Shown here piece after piece: positions 36,898-46,962 of a stretch of DNA of 64,000 bases. The position numbers and the translations under genes were made by a program. The stretch is from Beijerinckiaceae bacterium (GTDB lineage: Bacteria; Pseudomonadota; Alphaproteobacteria; Rhizobiales; Beijerinckiaceae): contig JBKBNT010000009.1 in the NCBI GenBank assembly GCA_046295155.1, forward strand, positions 36,851 to 100,850, given 5' to 3'. The notes below the pieces were generated by a model. It had not been told where the DNA came from and searched no databases. It saw only the letters and a program-made list of their open reading frames with translations. Each line of letters opens with the position of its first letter. Position 1 is the first letter of the stretch.

Positions 36898-38649
36898 ATG
36901 AGCAATAATTCCCGCCCCGCCGACCGTCTCGTCATCGCCCTTGCGCAGATCGACTGCACGGTGGGCGACATCGCAGGCAATTCCGATCGCATCCGCGCCG
37001 CACGCGCCGAGGCCGCGGCGCAGGGCGCCGATCTCGTCATGTTTTCTGAACTTTTCCTCGCCGGTTATCCGCCGGAGGATCTTGTTCTCAAGCCAGCCTT
37101 CCAGGAGGCTTGCCGCTCGGCGCTCGAGGAACTCGCGCGCGGGACGGCGGACGGAGGCCCTGCATTGCTGGTCGGGGTCCCCTGGGCAGAGGATGGGCGC
37201 TGCTACAACGCTTACGCGTTGCTCGCGGGCGGGCGTATCGAGGCCGTCCGCTTCAAGGTCGATCTGCCGAACTACGGCGTCTTCGACGAGAAGCGCGTCT
37301 TCGAGCCGGGCAGGGCGCCTGGGCCGATTTCGTTCAGGGGTGTGCGGATTGGCCTTCCGATCTGCGAGGACATCTGGACGCCGGAGGTGGTGGAAACGCT
37401 CGTGGAGACGGGCGCCGAACTGCTGCTCGTGCCGAACGGGTCGCCCTACTGGCGCGGCAAGCATGATGAGCGCATCGCAATCGCCGTCGCCCGCGTGGCG
37501 GAAAGCGGTTTGCCGCTCGTCTATCTCAACCAGATCGGCGGTCAGGACGAACTCGTCTTTGATGGCGGCTCGTTCGCGCTCAACGGCGACTGCTCGCTAG
37601 CGGCACAATTGCCGGCGTTCCAGTCCTGCGTCAGCTCCATTGCATTCGTTCGCTCGAACGGGGAATGGCGCATCGAGGACGCGCCGAAGGCGCTCGCGGC
37701 CGAAGGGGACGAGGCGGATTACCTCGCCTGCATGGTCGGCTTGCGCGACTACGTCGACAAGAATCGCTTCAATGGCGTCGTGATGGGCCTCTCGGGCGGG
37801 GTCGATTCCGCGCTGTGCGCGGCGCTCGCGGTCGACGCGCTTGGCCCGGAGCGCGTGCATTGCGTGATGCTGCCCTATCGCTTCACGTCGAATGAATCGC
37901 TGGCCGACGCGCAGGACTGCGCGGACGCGCTGGGCGTGCGCTACGATATCCTGCCGATAGCGCCGGCGGTCGAAGGGCTCGAACAGACCCTGGCGCGTCT
38001 GTTCGACGGGCGTTCGCGGGACATCACGGAAGAAAACCTGCAAAGCCGAGCGAGGGGCGTATTGCTGATGGCCGTGTCCAACAAGTTCGGGCCGATGCTC
38101 GTGACCACGGGCAACAAGTCGGAAATGTCGGTCGGCTACGCGACAATCTATGGCGACATGAACGGCGGGTTCAATCCGATCAAGGACCTCTACAAGATGC
38201 AGGTCTTCCGGTTATGCGAATTGCGCAACCGCTGGCTGCCGCCGGGCGCCAAGGGACCGCCGGGCGAAGTCATCCCTCAGAACATCATCGTGAAGCCGCC
38301 GTCCGCCGAACTGCGCGAGAACCAGAAGGACGAGGACTCGCTGCCGCCGTATCCGGTGCTCGACGACATTCTGGAATGTCTCGTGGAGCGCGAAATGCGC
38401 GTGTCAGACATCGTCGCGCGCGGCCACGATCTCGAGACGGTGAAGAAGGTCGAGCGCCTTCTCTACATCGCCGAATACAAGCGGCGCCAATCCGCGCCCG
38501 GTGTAAAGGTGACCAGGAAGAATTTCGGCCGCGACCGGCGCTATCCCATCGTCAATCGCTTCCGCGATCAGGGCCAGCCGCTGCGTGAGCCCGACGCCTC
38601 GATTGCGCCCAGGAAGATCGCCGGCACAGCTGAGCGGTTCGAAGAATAG
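36898..38649 (+). CDS. nadE: Glutamine-dependent NAD+ synthetase
   Basis: ORF 36898..38649. N-terminal nitrilase/CN-hydrolase domain plus a C-terminal synthetase domain (GLSGGVDSALCAALA, a P-loop-like SGGxDS). Confidence 0.9.
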   Translation: MSNNSRPADRLVIALAQIDCTVGDIAGNSDRIRAARAEAAAQGADLVMFSELFLAGYPPEDLVLKPAFQEACRSALEELARGTADGGPALLVGVPWAEDGRCYNAYALLAGGRIEAVRFKVDLPNYGVFDEKRVFEPGRAPGPISFRGVRIGLPICEDIWTPEVVETLVETGAELLLVPNGSPYWRGKHDERIAIAVARVAESGLPLVYLNQIGGQDELVFDGGSFALNGDCSLAAQLPAFQSCVSSIAFVRSNGEWRIEDAPKALAAEGDEADYLACMVGLRDYVDKNRFNGVVMGLSGGVDSALCAALAVDALGPERVHCVMLPYRFTSNESLADAQDCADALGVRYDILPIAPAVEGLEQTLARLFDGRSRDITEENLQSRARGVLLMAVSNKFGPMLVTTGNKSEMSVGYATIYGDMNGGFNPIKDLYKMQVFRLCELRNRWLPPGAKGPPGEVIPQNIIVKPPSAELRENQKDEDSLPPYPVLDDILECLVEREMRVSDIVARGHDLETVKKVERLLYIAEYKRRQSAPGVKVTRKNFGRDRRYPIVNRFRDQGQPLREPDASIAPRKIAGTAERFEE

Positions 38650-38673
38650 CCGGACACAGCCTCCGGAATGCAA

Positions 38674-38699
38674 GAAGGGCCGCCTCGCGGCGGCCCTTC
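38674..38699. terminator. Strong GC hairpin after nadE (possibly bidirectional)
   Basis: gaagggccgcc-tcgc-ggcggcccttc forms a perfect 11-bp stem starting 25 nt after the nadE stop. Confidence 0.6.
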
Positions 38700-38740
38700 C
38701 ATTGTCCTGTCCGGGATGGGCGGGGACTTTGACGCGCCGC

Positions 38741-38815
38741 TCACGCGGGGCGGAACGCCTCTCGAGGAGACCGTTGTCCCAAGGCCGACATCCGCGGCGT
38801 ATGACAATGAGACAC
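38741..38815 (-). CDS. Candidate 24-aa micro-ORF preceded by a perfect Shine-Dalgarno (speculative)
   Basis: The reverse strand reads AAAGGAGGTGATCTA-GTG, followed by MSHCHTPRMSALGQRSPREAFRPA*. The GGAGG-to-GTG spacing is 7 nt. The first codons are atypically AT-rich at third positions, so coding is doubtful. Confidence 0.2.
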   Translation of the reverse strand: MSHCHTPRMSALGQRSPREAFRPA

Positions 38816-38960
38816 TAGATCACCTCCTTTCGTTGGTTGACGACAAGAGCCAATGTAAGTGCGTTCGCCCGATTCGGAAAGGGCTGCTGACCTAATTCGC
38901 CGGTGAACGCAAATCTTTGCTCTTGCTGACGCACTGTTAGGTTTGCGGTAAGGAATCGCC

Positions 38961-40310
38961 ATGACCGCTCCAATTGTTCGCTTCGCGCCCTCGCCGACCG
39001 GGCGCATTCACATCGGCAACGCGCGCACGGCGCTTTACAACTGGCTTTTCGCGAAGAAGCGTGGCGGACGCTTCATCCTGCGGTTCGACGACACGGATTT
39101 CGTGCGCTCGACTCGCGAATTCGCCGATTTCATCGAAATCGACCTGCACTGGCTTGGAATTGCGCCCGATGTTGTCGTGCGCCAGTCCGAGCGTTTCGCG
39201 CTCTATGACGCGGCGATGCGCGCGCTGCGTGAGCAGGGCCGCCTTTATCCCTGTTACGAGACGCAAGAGGAGCTTGATCGCAAACGCAAGCTTCAACTGG
39301 CGCGTGGTCTGCCGCCTGTCTACGACCGGGCTGCGCTGGCCCTCAGCGACGATGATCGCGCCAGGCTTGAAGGAAGCGGCCGCAAGCCGCACTGGCGGTT
39401 CAAACTCGATCGCGAAACCATCGAATGGGAGGACTTGTCGCGCGGCGCGAGCCGGATCGACTGCGCTTCCCTGTCCGATCCGGTTCTCGTCCGCGAGGAT
39501 GGCGCATACCTCTACACGCTGCCATCGGTGGTGGACGATCGCGATCTTGGCGTGACGCACGTGATCCGGGGCGAGGACCATGTGACGAACACGGCGGTTC
39601 AGCTTCAGCTTTTCCGCGCGCTTGGCGGGGGCAGACCGGCGCCGGCGTTTGCGCATCACAATCTGCTGGCGACGGCGTCTGGCGAAGGCTTGTCCAAGCG
39701 CACCGGCTCGCTTTCGATCGCATCGCTGCGTGAGCAGGGCATGGAGGCGCTGGCTGTGGCTTCGCTCGCCGTTCTCACCGGCACTTCCGACAGCGTCCAT
39801 GCCGTGGCGTCTCTGGACGAACTCGCGGGCGCCATAGACCTCTCGCATGTGTCGCACCATGCGGCGAAGTTCGATGAAGCCGATCTCGCAGCGTTGTCGG
39901 CGCGCACGCTGCACATTCTTCCCTTTGCGTCCGTCGCGGACAGGCTCCGCGCGCTGGGCGTCAGCGGCCCGCAGGCGGAGGCGTTCTGGCTCGCGGTGCG
40001 GGGAAATCTCGGGACGCTCGCCGAGGCGCAGGAATGGGCGCAGGTCTGTTTCGGCGCCATCGCGCCCGTTCGAGAGGACCCCGGATTCCTGGCCGATGCG
40101 GCGGCGCTCCTGCCGTCCGGCCCTTTCGGCGCGCATACGTGGCGCGACTGGACTGAAAGTGTCAAGGCCAAGACGGGGCGGAAGGGCAAAGCCCTGTTCC
40201 ACCCCCTGCGGCTGGCGCTGACTGGCCGCGAAACCGGGCCCGAACTGGCAGCGCTGCTGCCCCTGATCGGGCGGGCTAGAGCGCTGGACCGACTCGGCGT
40301 ATGCGCCTGA
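38961..40310 (+). CDS. gltX: Glutamate--tRNA ligase
   Basis: ORF 38961..40310. [22 protein letters not shown] carries the HIGH-type motif. LSKR is a KMSKS-like motif. Confidence 0.9.
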   Translation: MTAPIVRFAPSPTGRIHIGNARTALYNWLFAKKRGGRFILRFDDTDFVRSTREFADFIEIDLHWLGIAPDVVVRQSERFALYDAAMRALREQGRLYPCYETQEELDRKRKLQLARGLPPVYDRAALALSDDDRARLEGSGRKPHWRFKLDRETIEWEDLSRGASRIDCASLSDPVLVREDGAYLYTLPSVVDDRDLGVTHVIRGEDHVTNTAVQLQLFRALGGGRPAPAFAHHNLLATASGEGLSKRTGSLSIASLREQGMEALAVASLAVLTGTSDSVHAVASLDELAGAIDLSHVSHHAAKFDEADLAALSARTLHILPFASVADRLRALGVSGPQAEAFWLAVRGNLGTLAEAQEWAQVCFGAIAPVREDPGFLADAAALLPSGPFGAHTWRDWTESVKAKTGRKGKALFHPLRLALTGRETGPELAALLPLIGRARALDRLGVCA

Positions 40311-41364
40311 CGTCGTCGTCAGGCGGCCATGTTTCGCGGTCCTCCGCAACGCGCTCCCTGGACGGGCCGGCCGCGCGCGGGGGAGCCGCTTCTGTGGCCG
40401 GCTGGCGTACCGGCGCGGTCTGGCTGCGCGGCGGGGGCGTCTGCCGCGGGCGGGACAATTCCTCGGCCTTTTCCGGCGTCACGATGAGGTCCCGCCGGCT
40501 GCTGGACAGAAGGCGCTCGGCGGGCGCAAGCGTCTCGGCCCAGCTGGCCCCGGGCTGCCGGCAGGAGCACGAAGTATCCACCGTCCGCCGATACTTGAGC
40601 GCGTTGGCCAGCGCCGTGTAGGGCTGACCGTTGATCGACACCGCCTCCGTGATGTCGCGCGAGGGCGAATAGGTGAAAACCTCCGTGTCCGCCGCCGGGC
40701 ACTGGGCGCGGCAGAGATCCGCCAGCCTGTCGGGGTTTTGCCCGAAGGCATTGTAGCTCACGGGGAAAAAGTATCCGTCGCAGGTCCGGACGCAGACCGC
40801 CTTCGAGCCCCGGCGGGGGCCGTATTCATCCGGGGGCGGGACGTCGTCGAACATTTCCTCCCGCGGCCCGCCGCCGCCCACGCCGAACAATTGTTCGAAG
40901 AAATTGCGGGGCGCGGCGGCCTGCCGCGTACAAAGCTGATTGTAGCGCGCAATGAGAGCATTGCGCTGCGCCGATCCGCGATCGGCCGCATTCTGCAGGC
41001 GATCGAGATTGCCGCGCATGGTCGCCAGCCTCGCCTGGATTTGCCCGCACTGCGGCGGCGGCGGCGAGCCGAAAAACAGGAACTGGCGACGGTTGCAGCC
41101 GATCTGTTCGGCGTAGGCTTCCGTGCGCTGCAGTTCCGCGCGCTGGCGTTGGGCGGCGGCAACTGCGCGCGGGTCGGACTGAACGGGCGTGGAGGCGATA
41201 CGGTCGCGCAGTGCGTTGCAATCGACCGGCTGTGCGAGGGCTGACCCAAGGCTCATCGCCATTGCGGCGCCAAGTTGCGCCAGCTGGCGCAATCCGGGGA
41301 CCTTCCTTCCTGATTTCGCCACCTTGTGATCCATGCGCCCGGCGGTGTCCAGATTCGTCGGCAT
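40276..41364 (-). CDS. DUF2865-like secreted protein
   Basis: ORF 40276..41364. [14 protein letters not shown]...[14 protein letters not shown] matches my recollection of the DUF2865 Cys pattern. The start is uncertain (41364 or 41334). The 3' end overlaps the gltX 3' end by 35 nt. Confidence 0.65.
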   Translation of the reverse strand: MPTNLDTAGRMDHKVAKSGRKVPGLRQLAQLGAAMAMSLGSALAQPVDCNALRDRIASTPVQSDPRAVAAAQRQRAELQRTEAYAEQIGCNRRQFLFFGSPPPPQCGQIQARLATMRGNLDRLQNAADRGSAQRNALIARYNQLCTRQAAAPRNFFEQLFGVGGGGPREEMFDDVPPPDEYGPRRGSKAVCVRTCDGYFFPVSYNAFGQNPDRLADLCRAQCPAADTEVFTYSPSRDITEAVSINGQPYTALANALKYRRTVDTSCSCRQPGASWAETLAPAERLLSSSRRDLIVTPEKAEELSRPRQTPPPRSQTAPVRQPATEAAPPRAAGPSRERVAEDRETWPPDDDVRRIRRVGPAL

Positions 41365-41517
41365 TGGTGACCAAAGCAGCAGATCGTGGTGATTCTTCGT
41401 TCACCGCCTGGCGCCCGGATTGCCGCGCCGCCCCTTGCAGCAGGGCGTTCGACCCTCATCTATTGCAAGCCGGACCTTGCAACTGGTTCTACCGTCTGGC
41501 TGGAGGCCTGTAAAGAA

Positions 41518-42030
41518 ATGGGGAAATGGGCAGCCTTGATTCTCTCGTCCGTCTGCGCGCTTGCCCCCGCGTTCGCGGCGGCGCAGTCGCCGGACCTCAT
41601 CTTCCGCAAGTCGACTGTCTTCAAGCTGCTGACGCCCAACGACAAGCTCGCGACCTACGGCATCGACGATCCGCTGATCGAGGGAGTGGCCTGTCACTTC
41701 ACGGTGCCAGAAAAGGGAGGCGTGGCCGGCATGTTCGGCGTCGCGGAAGAAACATCTGACGTATCGCTCGCCTGCCGCCAGTACGGTCCCATCCGCATCA
41801 AGCGCAAGTTCGAGCAGGGCGACGTCGTATTCCGCGAGCGCCGCTCCCTGGTCTTCAAGAAGATGCAGATCGTGCGCGGCTGTGACGAGAAGCGCAACGT
41901 CCTCGTCTACATGGTTTACTCGGACCGGCTGATCGAAGGCTCGCCCAAAAATTCAACGTCTACCGTGCCGATCATGCCGTGGGGCCCCGGCGGCGAGGCG
42001 GTGAAGTGCTCGGATTTCGTCGAGAGCTGA
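41518..42030 (+). CDS. creA: CreA-family protein
   Basis: ORF 41386..42030, trimmed to ATG 41518 with a signal peptide. Contains KKMQIVRGCDEKRNVLVYMVYSDRLIEGSPKNSTSTVP. Confidence 0.75.
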   Translation: MGKWAALILSSVCALAPAFAAAQSPDLIFRKSTVFKLLTPNDKLATYGIDDPLIEGVACHFTVPEKGGVAGMFGVAEETSDVSLACRQYGPIRIKRKFEQGDVVFRERRSLVFKKMQIVRGCDEKRNVLVYMVYSDRLIEGSPKNSTSTVPIMPWGPGGEAVKCSDFVES

Positions 42031-42034
42031 CGCT

Positions 42035-42364
42035 TCAGTCGGAGCAGGCGATCATCACGGAATCGCGCGGCGGCGCCTTCACCTCGACGCCCGACGAAAA
42101 GGTGACGTCGCTTGCTGAGCCGAACGCTCTTGCCTTCCCGTGTCCGTTCGCCTCGCACCATGCGTTGGCGACCACCCGGCCGCACTCTGCCGAGGTTGCC
42201 AGGCATACGTCCACGCTGTAGCCGCCGGCTGGCACGATGTAGACGCCGCGCGGCAAGGTCTGCGCGGAGGCGCTGACGGCGCCGAGGGCGAGGAGGGCGA
42301 CCCCGCCCCACAGGGCGGGGCGCGAAAGATCGGTCATACGGCTGGGGAGGGTGTGGGCGCGCAT
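42035..42364 (-). CDS. Secreted hypothetical protein (about 100-109 aa, Cys-containing)
   Basis: C-terminal part of ORF 42035..42616. Possible starts are 42364 or 42337. Signal LWGGVALLALGAVSASAQ. No family recognised. Confidence 0.45.
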   Translation of the reverse strand: MRAHTLPSRMTDLSRPALWGGVALLALGAVSASAQTLPRGVYIVPAGGYSVDVCLATSAECGRVVANAWCEANGHGKARAFGSASDVTFSSGVEVKAPPRDSVMIACSD

Positions 42365-42614
42365 TGCTGGACCGGAAGCGGGAACGGAAGCCCAGCCTGC
42401 GCCCGCCCGGTTAAGATTTGCTGAAACTGCGCAATTTCGGCCGCTCCCCGCGATGCTCGCTTGACGGAAGGGCCGCGCTCGACCATGTTGCGCGCCATGA
42501 CGATCCGCGCCATCACCATCCGCGCCATCATTACGGGCTAGCTTTTCCGCTGGCAGGACGTCCTTTTCCCTCGTGAAAACCAAACGCTCCGGCCAGCAGG
42601 CTTCGGGAGCAATC

Positions 42615-44006
42615 ATGTCGGCCGCCAGAACGCTGCGTCTCTACAACACCCTGACACGGACGAAGGAGGACTTCGCACCGATCGATACGTCGCGGGTGCG
42701 GATGTACGTTTGCGGGCCGACGGTCTACGACTTCGCCCACATCGGAAACGCGCGCCCGGTGATCGTGTTCGACGTTCTCTACCGGCTGCTGCGCCATGTC
42801 TATGGGCGCGACCACGTCACCTACGTTCGCAACATCACGGACGTGGACGACAAAATCAACGCGCGCGCCGCCGAACGAGGCATTTCCATTCGCGAACTGA
42901 CCGAGCAGACGAACGCGATCTTTCAGGAGGACGTGCGGGCGCTCGGCTGCCTCGACCCGGATGTGCAGCCGCGCGCGACCGAACACATCGCCGAAATGAT
43001 CGCGATCATCGGGAAGCTGATCTCCACGGGGCACGCGTACGCGTCGCAGGGCCATGTCCTGTTTTCGGTTCCCTCGATGGCCGACTACGGCAAGCTTTCG
43101 CGCCGGTCGCTCGACGAGATGATCGCCGGCGCGCGCGTCGACGTCGCGCCCTACAAGCAGGGCGAGATGGACTTCGTGTTGTGGAAGCCCTCGAAGGACG
43201 ACGAGCCGGGCTGGGATTCCCCCTGGGGCCGCGGCCGTCCGGGCTGGCACATCGAGTGTTCGGCCATGAGCTGGAAGCATCTTGGCGAAACCTTCGACAT
43301 CCACGGCGGAGGCATCGACCTCGTGTTTCCGCACCATGAGAACGAAATTGCGCAGTCGCGCTGCGCCTTCGGCCACAACGTGATGGCGAGCGTGTGGATG
43401 CATAACGGCTTCCTTCAGGTCGAAGGCGAGAAGATGTCGAAGAGCCTCGGCAACTTCCGCACGATCCGCGAGGTGCTGGCGGACTGGCAGGGCGAGGTTG
43501 CGCGCCTGACGATGCTCAAGACGCACTACCGCCAGCCTATCGACTGGACGGTCGCGTCTTTGCGCGAAAGCAAGCGCGAACTCGACCGCTGGTATCCGGT
43601 GGCCGCGCAATACGCCTCAAGCGAGGACATGCTGTCGCCGGAGTTCGAAGCCGCGCTCTGCGACGATCTCAATACGCCCGAAGCGATCACGCATCTGCGC
43701 CGCCTCTACTCGGAAGCCAACGAAGGTGTGGCCTTTGCCGGGGCTCGCCTTGCCGCGTGCGGCAAGCTGCTGGGACTGTTCCAGCACGACCTCGGCGCGT
43801 GGAACGGCTGGCGTCCCGCATCGGCGGGCATCGACGAATTAATGGTTCATCGCCTCATCAAGGAGCGCCTTGCAGCGCGTGCAGCGAAAAACTGGGCCGA
43901 GTCCGATCGCATCCGCGATGAACTCGCCGCGATGGGCGTTCAGCTGAAGGACGCGAAGGACCCGGCGACCGGCGAGATGACGACCACGTGGGAGGTCAAG
44001 CGATGA
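42615..44006 (+). CDS. cysS: Cysteine--tRNA ligase
   Basis: ORF 42573..44006, trimmed to ATG 42615. Contains [19 protein letters not shown] (HIGH motif) and KMSKSLGN (KMSKS motif). Confidence 0.92.
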   Translation: MSAARTLRLYNTLTRTKEDFAPIDTSRVRMYVCGPTVYDFAHIGNARPVIVFDVLYRLLRHVYGRDHVTYVRNITDVDDKINARAAERGISIRELTEQTNAIFQEDVRALGCLDPDVQPRATEHIAEMIAIIGKLISTGHAYASQGHVLFSVPSMADYGKLSRRSLDEMIAGARVDVAPYKQGEMDFVLWKPSKDDEPGWDSPWGRGRPGWHIECSAMSWKHLGETFDIHGGGIDLVFPHHENEIAQSRCAFGHNVMASVWMHNGFLQVEGEKMSKSLGNFRTIREVLADWQGEVARLTMLKTHYRQPIDWTVASLRESKRELDRWYPVAAQYASSEDMLSPEFEAALCDDLNTPEAITHLRRLYSEANEGVAFAGARLAACGKLLGLFQHDLGAWNGWRPASAGIDELMVHRLIKERLAARAAKNWAESDRIRDELAAMGVQLKDAKDPATGEMTTTWEVKR

Positions 44007-44503
44007 CGGTCGGTCTTCGCCCCTATCTTCCATCGGACGCGGCCGCGCTCGCCGCGATCTTCGTCGCCTCCATCGAGCAGGTCGCATCCGAGGATTACGA
44101 CGTCGATCAGGTCGCCGCGTGGTCGTCTAAGGCGGATGACGAAAACGCATTCGGCGCGCGCCTTGCGGGCGAACTCACGCTGGTCGCCACCATGGAGGGC
44201 GAGACAGTCGGCTTCGCATCGCTGAAGGGGACCGACCTGATCGACATGTTGTTTGTGCATCCCGACGCGCTGGGGCAGGGCGTTGCGACAACCCTTGTCG
44301 ATGCGCTCGAAAAGCTTGCGACCGCTCGCGGCGCGAAACAGATGAAGGTGGACGCAAGCGATACGGCGGAACCGTTTTTCGCCGCTCGGGGCTATCGCGC
44401 GCAGCAGCGCAACTCGATCGAAATCGAAGGCGTCTGGCTCGCCAATACGACCATGACGAAACCGCTCGCTGCGAATGACGCAGGACCAGGAGGCCGCCCG
44501 TGA
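44003..44503 (+). CDS. GNAT-family N-acetyltransferase
   Basis: ORF 43988..44503. ATG 44003 overlaps the cysS stop as [25 protein letters not shown] is the acetyl-CoA-binding Q/RxxGxG/A block. Confidence 0.8.
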   Translation: MTVGLRPYLPSDAAALAAIFVASIEQVASEDYDVDQVAAWSSKADDENAFGARLAGELTLVATMEGETVGFASLKGTDLIDMLFVHPDALGQGVATTLVDALEKLATARGAKQMKVDASDTAEPFFAARGYRAQQRNSIEIEGVWLANTTMTKPLAANDAGPGGRP

Positions 44504-44628
44504 GCGAGGAACCGGCATGGAAGAAGTCGCTGCCGTTCCCGGCGCGCTGGCTGTGGTACCTTGCGGCGAAGATCGTCGTTCTCGCGCTCGCGGTGTTCGT
44601 GGCGCTCAAATTTTACGGGCTGGTGTGA
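44500..44628 (+). CDS. Unannotated 42-aa single-pass membrane micro-protein
   Basis: Below the ORF-track size cutoff. GTG 44500 overlaps the GNAT stop as GTGA. The product reads [42 protein letters not shown]. Third positions are strongly G/C, like neighbouring genes. It ends 1 nt before the cimA ATG, exactly filling the gap. Confidence 0.5.
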   Translation: MSEEPAWKKSLPFPARWLWYLAAKIVVLALAVFVALKFYGLV

Positions 44629-44629
44629 C

Positions 44630-46219
44630 ATGAGCCGCGAGAGACTTTACGTTTTCGACACGACCCTGCGCGACGGCGCGCAGACCACCGGCGTCGACTT
44701 TTCGCTCGAAGACAAGCGCCGCGTGGCGGCATTGCTCGACGAACTCGGCGTCGATTACGTCGAGGGCGGGTATCCGGGCGCCAATCCGCTCGACACCGAA
44801 TTTTTCCGGCGCAAGCCAGTGAAGCGCGCGAAATTCGCCGCCTTCGGCATGACGAAGCGCGCCGGACGCTCGGCGTCGAACGATCCGGGTGTCGCGGCGC
44901 TGATCGAGGCTGACTCCGACGTCGTCACCTATGTCGCAAAGACGTGGGACTATCACGTCCGCGTCGCGCTCGGCGCGACGCTGGAGGAAAACCTCGACGG
45001 GATTGCGGACTCGATCAAGTACGCGCGCAACCACGGCAAGGAAGCGATCCTCGACTGCGAGCACTTCTTTGACGGCTTCAAGGCCAATCCGGAATACGCG
45101 CTGCAATGCGCACGCACCGCCCACGAATCCGGTGCGCGCTGGGTTGTCCTTTGCGACACGAACGGCGGCACGCTGCCGCATGAGATAGAAACCATCGTGC
45201 GTGAGGTCGCAAAGGCGGTGCCTGGCTCTCATCTCGGCATCCACACGCACAACGACACCGAGAACGCCGTTTCCAACACACTGGCTGCGGTGCGCGCGGG
45301 CGTGCGCCACATCCAGGGCACGCTGAACGGCCTGGGGGAACGCTGCGGCAACGCCAACCTTTGCTCGCTCATCCCGACGCTTCTGTTGAAGGACGAGTAT
45401 GCGTCGCGTTTCGAGATCGGTGTCTCGCTCGATCAGCTCAAGCATATCAAGAAGATCAGTGGCACGCTTGATGAATTGCTGAACCGCCGGCCCAACCGCC
45501 ATGCGCCTTACGTGGGCGACAGCGCGTTCGCCACCAAGGCGGGCATTCATGCGTCGGCTGTTTTGAAGGACCCTCGCACCTACGAGCACGTTCCTCCTGA
45601 AGCCGTCGGCAACGTGCGCAAAGTTCTCGTGTCCGATCAGGCCGGAAAGTCCAACATCCTTTCGGAGCTCGAAAGACTGGGCGTTGAGGTCGCGAAGAAT
45701 GATCCGCGCGTGGGCCGCCTGCTCGACGAGGTCAAGGAGCGCGAGTCGCTCGGTTACGCCTACGAGGCGGCGGACGCTTCATTTGAGTTGCTGGCGCGGC
45801 GCATCCTCGGCGACGTCCGGGACTATTTCGACGTGGAGCGGTTCAGCGTCAACGTCGAGCGCCGCCACAATGCGTTGGGCGAACTTGTCACGGTTTCCGA
45901 AGCAATCGTGAAGGTGCGCGTCGACGGGGAAGTTCTCATCTCGGCGGCCGAAGGCAACGGCCCGGTGAACGCCCTCGACCTTGCCTTGCGCAAGGATCTC
46001 GGCCGCTATCAATCGTTTATCGAGGATCTGGAGCTTCTCGATTATCGCGTGCGTGTCTTCCAGGGCGGCACGGACGCGGTGACCCGTGTGCTGATCGAAT
46101 TCGGCGACGCGTCCGGCGCGCGATGGTCGACGGTAGGCGTTTCCGCCAACGTCGTCGACGCATCGTTCCAGGCGTTGCTCGACGCGATCAACTACAAGCT
46201 CTTCAAGGCCGGCGCTTGA
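44630..46219 (+). CDS. cimA: Citramalate synthase (LeuA/HMGL-like family)
   Basis: ORF 44561..46219, trimmed to ATG 44630. Contains LYVFDTTLRDGAQTTGVDFSLEDK, HTHNDTENAVSNTLAAV and a C-terminal regulatory domain. Confidence 0.75.
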   Translation: MSRERLYVFDTTLRDGAQTTGVDFSLEDKRRVAALLDELGVDYVEGGYPGANPLDTEFFRRKPVKRAKFAAFGMTKRAGRSASNDPGVAALIEADSDVVTYVAKTWDYHVRVALGATLEENLDGIADSIKYARNHGKEAILDCEHFFDGFKANPEYALQCARTAHESGARWVVLCDTNGGTLPHEIETIVREVAKAVPGSHLGIHTHNDTENAVSNTLAAVRAGVRHIQGTLNGLGERCGNANLCSLIPTLLLKDEYASRFEIGVSLDQLKHIKKISGTLDELLNRRPNRHAPYVGDSAFATKAGIHASAVLKDPRTYEHVPPEAVGNVRKVLVSDQAGKSNILSELERLGVEVAKNDPRVGRLLDEVKERESLGYAYEAADASFELLARRILGDVRDYFDVERFSVNVERRHNALGELVTVSEAIVKVRVDGEVLISAAEGNGPVNALDLALRKDLGRYQSFIEDLELLDYRVRVFQGGTDAVTRVLIEFGDASGARWSTVGVSANVVDASFQALLDAINYKLFKAGA

Positions 46220-46238
46220 TGTCGCTGCCCGTCCCGCC

Positions 46239-46841
46239 CTAGAGGCGCGGGTCGAGCGCCGTTTCCATCTCTCCCGCGGCTTGATGCATCGCGCGCGCCT
46301 TCCGGATCATCGGGAGGACGTCGACGATCTTCTCGGCGACGAGATAGCGGACCTCAAGGTCGGGGCGGATGAAGCCGTTGTTGCGCATGTGCGCGAAGAG
46401 GTCGAGGAGCGGGCGCCAGAATCCGTTGACGTCCGCGATCACGACAGGTTTCGCGTGCTGGTCGAGTTGCACCCAGGTGAGTTGCTCGACGAGCTCCTCC
46501 AGCGTGCCGACTCCGCCCGGCAGGGCGACGATGGCGTCCGCCCTCTCGAACATCATGCGCTTGCGCGTGTGCATGTCGGGCACGACGACTTGTTCCTGCG
46601 CCCCGTCGTATCGATGTTCTCGCCGCTGCAGGAATTCCGGGATGATGCCGGTCACATGCCCGCCTTCCTCGCGGACGGTGCGGGCGATCACGCCCATCAG
46701 GCCATTGCCGCCGCCGCCATACACAAGTCCGACGCCCTCAGCCGCCATGATGCGGCCAAGCGTAACCGCGGCGTCTCGAAATGCGGGGTCGCTTCCGGGA
46801 GATGAGCCGCAGTAGACGCAGATGTTCTTCAGTTGGGACAT
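46239..46841 (-). CDS. LOG-family (TIGR00730) nucleotide phosphoribohydrolase
   Basis: C-terminal 200 aa of ORF 46239..47852, starting at ATG 46841. Contains ICVYCGSSPG, GLVYGGGGNGLMG and PGGVGTLEEL. Confidence 0.85.
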   Translation of the reverse strand: MSQLKNICVYCGSSPGSDPAFRDAAVTLGRIMAAEGVGLVYGGGGNGLMGVIARTVREEGGHVTGIIPEFLQRREHRYDGAQEQVVVPDMHTRKRMMFERADAIVALPGGVGTLEELVEQLTWVQLDQHAKPVVIADVNGFWRPLLDLFAHMRNNGFIRPDLEVRYLVAEKIVDVLPMIRKARAMHQAAGEMETALDPRL

Positions 46842-46962
46842 TTGTTCTTCGCTCTCGTTTGGAGGGAAACAAGCCGCCAGCCCCGCCTCCGGTTCCGCTC
46901 GATTCGCATTTACATAGCCGAAGCGATAGATATTTGACGGAATAGGGAACCAAAAGGCGAAC

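Noticed and set aside
38818-38830. Fragment of a 16S rRNA gene
   Set aside because: Only about 12-13 nt match the 16S 3' tail, and the flanking sequence has no rRNA or ITS character. It is treated instead as an SD / anti-SD-like element (see findings).
38937-40349. 470-aa minus-strand ORF
   Set aside because: It is antisense to gltX, which has HIGH and KMSKS-like motifs. Its composition is Arg-rich and low-complexity.
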